Below are positions 49,641 through 60,625 of a stretch of DNA of 64,000 bases, piece by piece. The notes under the pieces were generated by a model. It did not search any database. It was not told the DNA's origin and worked only from the letters and a program-made list of their open reading frames with translations. The position numbers were made by a program, and so were the translations under genes. The stretch is from NCBI RefSeq assembly GCF_009834535.1, contig NC_045698.1, positions 6,450,001-6,514,000 of the forward strand. The letters run 5' to 3'. The stretch is from Camelus ferus. Lineage: Eukaryota. Within the stretch, counting starts at the first letter, position 1, and each line of letters begins with the position of its first letter.

Positions 49641-52600
49641 TCCCTTTTTTAGCACACACAATATATCAAATAATATATTATACCATGAGAATCAAAATGA
49701 GCATAATCCCATCTATTGAATGATCTATGTATTTTGTAAAAGATAATTTTAAAATCAGAGCTTTAAAGTGGTATTTTGGTTAAACTGTTGGTCATTCTGA
49801 TTTCTTATGAATGCAATCAAAATTTTACCAATGATCAACTCATATAAAACCTCAGTTATATACTGCATTGCAGTGGAAGGACAATTAATTGCCCAGCGTG
49901 ATGAAATAATTACGATAAAAAGCGATTATTTATTGTGATCACTTTTAAAAAACAAAAGCAGTTAATACTTGCTGCAAAATCACTACGCCTTATCTTTTGT
50001 GCATGCCCTACTTTATTTAATTCCAGCAACAACAGTGTGGGGTTGGTAGTGTTTTGTGGCCGTTTCACAGATGAGGAAACCTGCAATTGCTGGAAGTCGT
50101 GGAGCTACATAACAAGTCCAGATCTATTGGTTTCCAAAGTGCTTTATCAGTATATTAGCTTTCCTGGAAGACTGGCTTACTTTAACACGCCAGTAAACAA
50201 AACTCAGATCTGATATGAAACCCTAGCTCTAAAGTTGTCTGAATGTTCATGATACCAGCATCACAAAGAGAAGGAAATAATATAAACTTCTCTCCAGTCA
50301 CTTCTTAGAACTCTAGCACATGAGGGTGATTAAAGAACTTTTTCCAAACTACACACAGCCGAAGGATCCTGGCATACGCCATGGGGAGTTTCAGAGTTTT
50401 GGGAAGAAGGCCATGATCCTCTGCTTCTCCAAGGAGACTCTGGCTATCAGATCCTTCTGAAAGACTGAAAGGGTAAAGTGGGCCTTTGTGGTTCAGATCT
50501 GCCACTAAAACAAACACTCTATCCAGGCACAAGGATCTCAGGCTCCTCCTCCAAACCCCTCAAAACAGAAGTAGGTAAAATGCATTTTTATCTATCCTCA
50601 CTAATTTTTTGTTGTATGTGGTTTTTAATCCATATAGTCCACACTTATTTAATTATAAATAATAAAGAAGAAACAAAGATGTTTTTCTAAGGGGCTTGAT
50701 TTTTATAAGCATATGACAGCTAGATGCATTAAACAATATAATCAATGATTATTCTAACTAGGGGGAAAAGGCCACTCCCTGACATGGAGGAAACGTCTTT
50801 TGAATTATCCATCATTTGATGAAGAGTAAATCAGGATGGTACCCCAAAAAAGGAAGAGAGGCCACACAGTAGGAAGAGAGCTAATTGGGAATTAAAGCAG
50901 ATGAGGCCTCATATCAAATAGGGCAGCCAAGCATCCTGTGGCCTGATCCGCTGAGGAAAGGAACCCCCGCCCTGACCTGATTTATACCTTCACATACATC
51001 TGTCTTCATCCCCTGAAACAGAGAGCTAATTGGAACGGAAAATGAAAGCTTGAGAAAAATAAATTGCACCTACCTGGATCAGAGACAGATCCTCAAGCTG
51101 TAACCTGAAGAGGTAGTTTCTACAAAATACAAAAAGAGAGCAGTTTCATTTTTAATAGAGCCAAAAAACCACAGTTTATAAAAATTATGAGAACAAGGGA
51201 AAAAAACAAACTTAATGATTTTTGGCTTTCAAAGCATTCTCCTGCTAAGAATGTGTGTAACACAGTTTTGCTTGGAACTCAGAGTTCAAAGAGGCATTCA
51301 GTACATTAACAGAAACACACATTTGAGATTGGCAGGAAAACTACGGAATAAGGGGGTGATAGGTGACTAAGAGAAATCTAAATTATTAATCGGCTCTCAA
51401 TCTATATGGAATGGACAAAAGGACATGGATATTTGGTTCTGAAATTGAGTTTAGGTTAAGCAAGATGATATAAAACCATTCTTCATGAATTCTTCATTTT
51501 TACCCATCAACCTATATTCACCATATTTTATAATTGAAACACCTCCAGGTCTTGAATTCAGCAATGGTCTAAATATGACAGTGATCTACCTTGCTAGATG
51601 GATTCAGTGTGTAATAAGTTTTGAAGTACGAACTTGTTGGTCTACCATCAAGGATTTCAAAGATTCAGCTCTGGCTGCCCAAGCGTGAAACAGGAAATCA
51701 GAGAAAAGGAAATGATCAGTTTTCAACAATGAAGGCGAAGAACAGTAGACACACAACAGAGACCAGCAGAGCAAGGGGTGAAAACGGGCACGGGGTAGGT
51801 ATCGGTCACATGGTCACCTGAGACTTTGCTGTTGCAGCTTTTAGAAACAATGAATTGGCCTCCAATTTAACTCATGAATGAAGGCCTCCTTAGCTTCCTG
51901 CAGAGGAGAAGTTGGTGTGGCAGGAGCAGCGCTCCAGGGATAGATGGAGGAGAGTCAGCCTCGGTGTGACAAGGATGGCAGGGAGAAATGGGCATCAGGT
52001 GGAAAGTGGACACTAAGACTGCGTGAGTGTGGCGAGGGGTCCCCAAAAAGCTGAAGGTAACGTGGTAAGGGGCTGGTCCACTAGTCATCGCGACGGCACT
52101 GAGAGAATAACATTCTCCCAACACCGGCAAGAAACAAGATGAAATGACTTCCACTCTCTGGGGAGGTGGGTAGACATTGGAAGTGAACACGCTATCCCAG
52201 CAGAAGGGACAAGTGACAGCCAGGTCAGGCCAAGGGCAGCACCCTGAGAGAACCAGGAAACGTCTCTGTGGTGCAGATAGAGACGGGGAGAGCAAGACCA
52301 CTGGGAGGACTCCAGCCGGGACAGGCTGCTCTCCAGTAGCACGTGTGCGCACTGTCCTGTCGGAGGGAGGAAAGGGACCCAGACCATGTTCAGAGTGGTC
52401 TCATGAGTCCCAGGCATCGCCCGCTGGGCACTTAGGTTTCTCACAATTTGTGCCCAACTACGGCAACACTGCATCCTGTACTCTGAAAAACACCTCCTCC
52501 AACACTATAATGGCCTGTTCACCCTCTTCCTCCACCTCCAGTTTAACCTCTGAAACAACACCAGAAGCATTGCTCCACACAGGGTGCCTCCAACACAAAA

Positions 52601-53600
52601 CCACAGGGGGAAGCTTCCCCTCTCTTCTATCACAGACGAACCATAGCCCTCTCCCCTGAACTGATGAAGGATGCACTTGGGGGGTGGGATGTGGCAGCAG
52701 AATATTTCTATTTAGTCCCGCACCACGCAGAAGCAAAGTTTCCAATGGGTGCATCTTCCCGAAGGGGGAGGAATGCAAACTCAGCGCACTTACGGAAAAG
52801 TGTTGTTAAGCCGCCAAGGTAGGCACCCCTGGAGGCTGGCCAGCCTTTGGAGGGTGGCCAAGCTTTCACCTGACGTGAAACAAATGCCAAGAACTCCTCT
52901 AAGAGAAGTTGGGAATCTGTACACACAGAGATGAATCTTCCATATGAGGGGCTTGCAAGTGACACCGGGCGCCATCACTGGCCATCGCACACTCATTGCC
53001 TCCATCCATGAGCATCAGGGCTCCCTACTCTCATGCTGGTTTCATCACCGGCTTCCTGGTTGCAGGAAGCTGCCAGCAGTCACCGCTCCTCCTTTACTTC
53101 ACTATGGGAGGCAGCGTTGCCCAGGAGTTAAGAATATTTGTGCAAAGCCCAAAGATCCATCACAAGACAACTTCTGGAAGGAAGCTAGGCACCCTATGCT
53201 TCTATCTTTTCACCTGCAAAACGGAGCTGATAGTCATTTTACACCCTAGGGTTGTGGTGAGGTTTAAATCAAAGGAAAACACTTCGAATGGCATCTGACC
53301 CATTGTCAGTGCTCAATAGTAGTCACATTTAGGGAGATAATGGAAAATATTAAAATTTCCAGATGGGATGGAATTCTCAGCATATCTTCCATTGCACACA
53401 GAAGTGAAGCACATTTCTGGCCTCCAGCAATGGCAGGTTACAGGCACAAGAATGCTTATTTATTTGTGTTCAGGTGTTGGGGGCATTTATCAGTAGGGAT
53501 GGTGGTGGCACTATGGGATTTTTGGAAAGAAGACAACACTGTTATCTTGTCATAGTTCTGGACCAGGTCATCACACTCTTTCAAACCCACTGGCTCTTTT

Positions 53601-54050
53601 AAGAAAGACTATTCTCTGATTATAGCGATATTGAGCATTTTTTCATGTGCCTATTGGCCATTTGTATGTCTTCATTGGAAAATTCTTTGTTTAGGTTTTC
53701 TGTCCACTTTTGGATTGGGTTGTTTGGTTTTTTTGTTATTAAGTTGTATGAACTGTTTGTATATTCTGGAAATTAAGCTTTTGTCAATGTATTCTGGAAA
53801 TTAAGTTTTTGTCAGTCGCCATCACTTGCCAATACATTCTTCCATTTCATAGGTTGTCTTTTTGCTTTGTTTATGGTTTCCTTTGCTGTGCAAAAGCTTG
53901 TAAGTTTAATTAGTTCCTGTTTGTTCACTTTTGCTTTTATTTCTATTGCCTGGGTAAGCATGCTGCACACCAGAAATTGACAAAAAGTTGTCATCTGACT
54001 ATACTTCAACTAAAAAAAAAAACTCTGAAATTTAAAAAAGATTTTTTCTG
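53601..54050. mobile_element. 5'-inverted young L1: antisense ORF2 segment (about 53612-53957) joined to sense 3' tail (about 53960-54022)
   Basis: ORF 53812-54009(-) contains the L1 ORF2 peptide IKAKVNKQELIKLTSFCTAKETINKAKRQPMKWK. The sense tail is 'caccagaaattgaca..ctgactatacttcaac' plus polyA. Similar flanks aagaaagactattctctg / aaaaaagattttttctg. Confidence 0.85.
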
Positions 54051-54442
54051 TAAATATTCATAGTGAAAGAACCCATTCATACTGTGATCACTGAATTACT
54101 TGAGAGATTTGATGATACTGCAAGGCCATCTTTCTCTCCTTTTCTTCTCTCCCGCATCCCTGCCCCACGCACATACACGCATGCATGCCCACACTACAGT
54201 ATCTGCCTCTGGGAACATTCTAGAAAGGCAGATCTAATACCTTAAGGAAGAGCTGGAAGTGCATTCATGCCACTGAGGAAAGAGGGTGGTAGTGTCCATG
54301 GTGTTCTGTGGTGCGACGGCCAGGACAGCTAGAGAGAGAAGTGCCAAGTCTTCTCTCTGCTTGTGGAGAGGGTTGCAGGAGGTGTGGAGAGCATCCTCTC
54401 AAACCCCTAGGTCCAATTTTCAGGTGTTTTCCAGCGGGGAAG

Positions 54443-54794
54443 TGCTATCATCGGCATGTTCGTGTCCCCCGAAAAGTCCTATGTTGAAATCCTAAACCCC
54501 AAAGGTGATAGTATCAGGAGGTGGGGCCCTTTGGCAGGTGATCTGGTCATGAGGGTGGAGCCCTCATGAATGGGATCAGTGCCCTTATAGAAGAGGCTTC
54601 ATACTTCCACCTTGTGAGTTCACAGCAAGAAGCAGCCCATCTCAGCCTAGAAGAGGACTCTCACTAGAACCCAACCAGGCTGGCACCCTGATCTTGGACT
54701 TACACCCCCTAGAACTGTGAGAAGCAAATTCCTGGTATTTATAAGCTGCCCAGTCTGTGGCATTTTGTCACAGCCATCCAAATGGACTAAGACA
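54443..54794 (+). mobile_element. MLT1A/A0 LTR
   Basis: 'tatgttgaaatcctaa', 'ggtcatgagggtggagccctcatgaatgggat', 'gctggcaccctgatcttggactt' and end 'aatggactaagaca'. Confidence 0.92.
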
Positions 54795-55482
54795 GGAAGA
54801 CATTGATTTACGATGACAAACATGCCACACTGTCAGTCTACATCTCCCCAGCCAAATCTAACTTTGCTGACCACTTCTGCCTCTCCATTCCCTGTAAAGG
54901 CACCTCTCTTTTCCCCCAGTCATTACCAGTGGATTTCAACCTTTTACTCTTCCTTCCCCAGACACCTGAGAACTCTGGTGCCCTCACATCCAACTCATCA
55001 GGAATCAATCATGATGGCAGAGGTATTCAACAGGTGAACAGAAGGGGCAGAGAGGAGCGGCGTGCTAACCAGGAAAAATAACCCAGTAATTATGAGATAC
55101 CACCACCACCATCACTATGCCCAATACCTTAATGAAGATAAAGCACCCAAGATTTGAACTTTTCCTTTGGTATTTTCTAGGTTATGAGATGCACGTGGGT
55201 GATTTTTAACCTATCCTCAATTGCTTTTGACCTAAAAAAAAAAAAATAGAATCCAAGAATTCTGGAGCTAGGCTGTATATTACAGAGTATATACCTCTCA
55301 ATTTTTAGATGAGGAAATTTCTGCAAATTAACAGGTGCAGTGTGATTTATCCAAGATTATTAGGATTCAGAGAAAGTCCTATGATTAGAAACAAGACCTC
55401 TCAGTTTGGTGTCCTTTATCCCATTGTGCCAAAGGGCCTCACCAATCAGTTATCCAATGTCCCCTTCCTAACTTAACTGACA

Positions 55483-55483
<1 letters not shown>

Positions 55484-55523
<40 letters not shown>
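55484..55523. repeat. (CA)20 microsatellite
   Basis: Uninterrupted CA run of 40 nt. Confidence 0.97.
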
Positions 55524-55526
<3 letters not shown>

Positions 55527-58500
55527 GAATCATTCTTACAGTACAATTATTTCACGTCGCCATGTTCATTCACAGGTACCTTTACAAATCATTTTGAGGC
55601 AATTCAAATCTTAGCAGAACTAATGACAAGTTTTTGGCTGCAGGTAAGTGATTCTCACCTTTGGGGCTGTGATCTGACTGTGACATATGTCTCCCCATCA
55701 AGAGAACATGTTAATCCTACAGGTCTGGCTAATTCCTGGTGCCTCCTTTCTCCCTCTTTATTTCACACGAATTCTTCCTAAAACTGCCTACCCATACTTA
55801 TTTTAAGAGTGCCCAAGTTTCTTCATTTATGAAATGAAAGAGCTAAACTATACAATCTGTCAGTATGTTTGACACAAATTCCTAAAAGACTGTGACCCTT
55901 TTTAGAGACATGAAATGAGCAACAGAGTTGGATAAACACACGGCCATCTTATGAAATAATTGTTATCATGATATATTTCAATAAATTCCTGACTAATACT
56001 TTTCAAGTGTTTTTATTTTTTGCAACTGAGTACCATATTTCAATAATCTTAAATGAAATCTCAGCATACAAAAGATGTAAGAAAAATGCATTCAATAATT
56101 ATACTTACATGTAATATTTGTTAATCATTAAGTCAGTAGATTAAGATGATTTGAAAGTTTTGAAACTTGCCTTATTGGAACCATGTATAATCTTGCATAG
56201 CCTCCATGTCTATTTAAGGTCTAGTTTTCTGTTGGTTCATTGGTTACATTTTTGTTGCTGTTTTTTTCATTTGTTTGATTTTGGAGACAAAGCGTTGGTA
56301 AATTCTTTCGAATATTTGTTTAATACATGACCATGTTGACACAAACCCCAAGTGGGCAATTCAATGCCTTGCTGGACTTTTCTATATTAGAAATATTTAA
56401 TATTACACATTCCAGTATTCACTTTCTCTCTCACGATTTTCAACAATTTAAAAAATTGTAAAAAAATGAAATACAAATGAAAAATGTGTGTAATTCCCTA
56501 ATCACATGTCTGGAACCTACGAATCTAACAAAACACAGTGTAGCTTCTACTATTCTCAAAATCTTTTCATCAAACTATTTGGTTTCAAATACAACTCCAA
56601 GTATATTTTTGCTGTTGGGAAAATTCCAATCCAGCTAGCAACACGAGGGACCAGAAATCTCCCAAGACAGCTTGATTCATCACAGTTTAGGTCAATGACC
56701 TATGAAGTTAAAGGTTACAAAAAGAAAGAAAATCTTCTAAAGGGAATAAAAAAAATGGATATTCCCAGATGTTGGGTCCCTCACACACTAAAGTAAGATC
56801 TATGGTCCCCGGCAAGTGGCTGTTCTCCAGGGCATTACAGAAGAGGCAACCGCTTTATCTTGTAATTGTGAGCACACAGAGGAGAGAAAACAATGTACGC
56901 GAGGTTCACAAGAAAGGCTACCAACGTTTCCAACAAGAAGGAGTGATGCTTCTGGCTCCCAGCCAAGAGGGAATGCTAACCAAATGTTTCATACAGGGTC
57001 AGTTTCTCTAGTAGGGCGATGCTCTGAGCAACTCAAAGCATTTAAGTGGTCTCATTAATCTTCGTAACACCCCTAGATGTAAATAGCTGGTAATAAGGAA
57101 TATTGCCATTCTTCGGGGAGAGAGGCAGTGGGACAGGAGGTTAAGAGACGGGCTTCTTGAGTGTATTAGTTGTGTGTCTCAGGGGAGTTGGTCTATACTG
57201 CCACTTTCCCCTTTCATTACAGGAGTACAAAGCAAGAGTTTAACCGCGCTGCAAAGGTTCAATTTTATGGCCACAGTCAATGAAAGTATGGGATTTTCTT
57301 CCCCTGGTATGGACCTACTCTCTTTCAAATGCCTTGGAATAAAATTTGACATTGCACATGCAAAATGTAGTAACCATGTTACTTTAAGGAGTAATATATG
57401 AGGAAGACACAGATCCAATAAACTGAATAATTCAAATCACAAAGCCATTAAATCTGGCAGACACAAACTGACAGTTCTGAAGACCATTTATCCTTTCCCC
57501 ACTAGACATCTGCGCGTGTCTTCTCCCTCTTCACCAGAGTGTATTTCTCTTTGACTAGAAACTCGAATAACTCCTTCTTGCACCCCATCACCTCCCCCAG
57601 TGGCCTATTAGCCACAAATCACTAAGCACAACAATATATTCTCTGAGGGAGCCACGAGGGCCTTAATAGACAAAGTTCATTCGCGTCTTCATGCAAAGTA
57701 ATAAAATTCAGCCAGCATTAAAGAAAAGGCCGCGCCATCATGAGCATATTAAGTAAATGACTCATTTTATCCAGAGACACTATAAAACTTAACTCTGACC
57801 TCCATTAATTATGAAAGACACAGGTGTTTTAAAATGACATTCTCTTAGAATAACTCAATTGGTCTCTGATGACTCTAGCTATAAAATCAAAGAAAAAGAT
57901 TCCAAGTTCTTACTGAACACGGACGTTAGAGGCTTGCTTATAACCGAGGAGCAGAAGATTGAACAATTCAGAAAGACAGGCTTGCACTTTGCACAGAGAA
58001 AACGGAGACAAGAAAATCAAGTAAACCTAGGGAAAACGTTTTAGACAGCGGTGACAGAAACTTACATTTTTGCTGTGTAATAAAAGTTTAGATCACCACT
58101 GCTCATGAAGCAATCTGAATACAAAACCTACTGCACATAAGCCGTCACCACTTGGGCACATCTGAGAGTAAAGCCAGCCCCACCTGCACCCGCGCCAGCC
58201 ATCCGCTCCGTGGTCTCTACTTGCTGCGCAAGTCTGTCCTAACTGTCGTCAGTATCCCACTGGCACAGAGCCCGACACTGCGACTTCCTACAGGACACCC
58301 GAAGCTTCAATTGCATTGACGACTTAAAGATTAAAATACAAATTTGTGACTTTGAAGCAAAGGAAAAGTAATAACTATATCCTTTACAACACAAAATGGT
58401 TTTCTAAAACTTATTTTAATTATTTACATGTAAATATTTAATGCCTCAGTCATCTCAATAGCTTTTTAAAGATTTAATTTCATCACATAACCAATTCAGG

Positions 58501-59937
58501 TAGTTCACCAACCTCTCCGTAATTGCTATTCCTAAGACATTTATTATGCTGATTGATTCCAAACAAAATCTAGGAACCTTTGTTTTTTCTATTATTATAA
58601 TCATTCCAAAAAATCTATTTATTGTATTTTTTCCATAAGTTTTTTGGGAGTTTAATTAAGGTTTAGTATTACCAAGCTTTTTTAAATATAGCACTATATT
58701 TAAATATCTAGATCACATTTAGATCACGTTTTGAATGTTTTCTTTGCTAATATATTTTTAAATTTGGTGACAAATGCAGAATATGGTCATATTATGAGTT
58801 ACCTCCTCAGAATTTTTCCAACCCTCCTCAACAATAATAAATATCTGTACTTTGGGCTAGAAAACATTTAAAATAATTCTGATTTTATTACTGTTGTTAT
58901 TACCATGTATGTCCAGTACGCATTCTCCCCACATCGTACTGGCTTATTTCATCATCCATCCCAAAGAAATAAGTTTCAAAGAACACATCAAAATCAAAAT
59001 TGAACCATTTTTATAGCACTTTTGTAACTTTAAATACCACAATTAAAAGGCACAGAAGTAGATAAATAACCTCTTACTATTTCTCAAGTAGGAAAAAATA
59101 ACAGAAATGGATTTTTAGTGGGATGCAATGGTTAAGACCAATGTTGTTAGTAAATTTCAGAGATTTGAAATCAGGAAAACCTTTTCCCATAAGCATATTT
59201 AGGGACAAAGTTATTAATCAATACTGTCAATAATCACACTGATAATTAATTTTCATTATGTTCTAAATATTATAATGCAAATCTCTAAGTGCTTTGAGGA
59301 TTACAGATAATGACTTACTGCTCTCAATTTAACTCATGACTTCTGCTTTTCCTGGTCCGTTGGGTATTTGATTTGTTATTTTCCATTTTTTAGTTAATAG
59401 AGGTCATTTTTCATTTGAAAAAATACCAGTTGAATTACTTTATGATTCTGTTAACCTATGCTTTCCTAGGAATATTCACCCTTCAGATTATCTCCATATA
59501 CAGTGATCGTTCTGGGCTGTCTTCAGAGTTAGCAAAATCTGAGGTTATGTTTCATGTATCTTCAAGTAATCAAGATTTACTGCTCATTTCCCAAATGCTC
59601 AGTCCCAGATGATGGCATCACAACAAGACAGACTTCAAATCTTGCTCCCAAATCTCATCTTTGACCCCTGCCCTCAACCAGCAGTTGTGATTCTCCATCA
59701 GTCACTGTCAAACCCAGATCTGAAACGTCTCAAATCTGATTTATCTCCATTTCCACCATCACTGCCTGACTTTAAGTTGTCTCTACCTGATCCACAGCCC
59801 CCAGCTGGCATCCCTACCCCCAAACTCTCTGGACTCCAGCACATTCTGCACACTGTATGGTCGAAGTACCTTCCTAAAGCAAATCTGAGCATGGAAATAC
59901 GTGGCCTTAGAAATCTCCTGAGCACCTAATGTCTTTA

Positions 59938-60115
59938 GCAGGGATTCTCAAATTGGCCAGGCCAGTGGATGACCAGAGGCTTGATTAAACCAAAGATTCC
60001 AACATTACTTTCAGAAAGTCTAATTCAAACGATCTGAGGAAAGGCAGGCCCTTGGCATTTCTTGAAAGGTTTCTCAGACCATGCTCATGACTGCTGGAAT
60101 TGGCAACACTGGTCT
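59938..60115 (+). mobile_element. MER5-family element
   Basis: 'cagggattctcaaatt..tctaattca..ttggcaacactggtcta', with MER5-type termini. Confidence 0.55.
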
Positions 60116-60457
60116 AGAGGATTAAACCCAAGCTCTTCTTTAGGTAACTAAAGCTTCAGCCTCACCTACAATTACCCCTCCTCTCAGTCACTAACAGGTG
60201 CAGTCAAGATGAGCTCTTTGCCACCTCACCAGGATCTCTAGCCTCCCTGTTTTCTGGTCTTTCTGCCAGTAAGACTCTCCCACCTGCCAGACTCCCGATG
60301 CCTCTCCAAGGCCCGGCTAAAAGAGCAACTTCTTAGCGTGTCCTTTTCATCCACAAGGTCCATCACCTTTCTCTACTCTTGGTGTTTCCTGGGCCCTTTA
60401 TTTAGGCCTCCCTGGAGAACTTAATTGCTTCTGTCCCTCACACCCAGGCGGCCAGGA

Positions 60458-60625
60458 GTCAGGAAACTTTTTCATGGTCTAAATAATAATACTTCACCTT
60501 TGTGGTCTCTGTTGGAACCACTCATCTCTGCAGTTAAACCAGGAAAGCAGCCATAGGGAATATGCAAATGAACAAGTGTGGCTGTGTTCCAATAAAACTT
60601 TATTTACAAAATCAGGAGGCCAACC
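60458..60625 (-). mobile_element. MER58A fragment
   Basis: 'aaagcagccatag..atatgcaaatgaacaagtgtggctgtgttccaataaaactttatttacaaaa'. Confidence 0.8.

Noticed and set aside
52458..52778. Minus ORF with 'LPPVVLCWRHP', reminiscent of the myotubularin 'RIPVLSWIHP' motif
   Set aside because: Only a short resemblance, with no other myotubularin motifs and no convincing donor site.
58681..58704. 11-bp inverted repeat tttaaatatag/ctatatttaaa
   Set aside because: Short and AT-rich; plausible by chance.
57910..59030. Additional exon-like minus-strand segments to bridge the two speculative exon chains
   Set aside because: Several mutually incompatible solutions, in-frame stops or weak splice sites; this illustrates the over-fitting risk.
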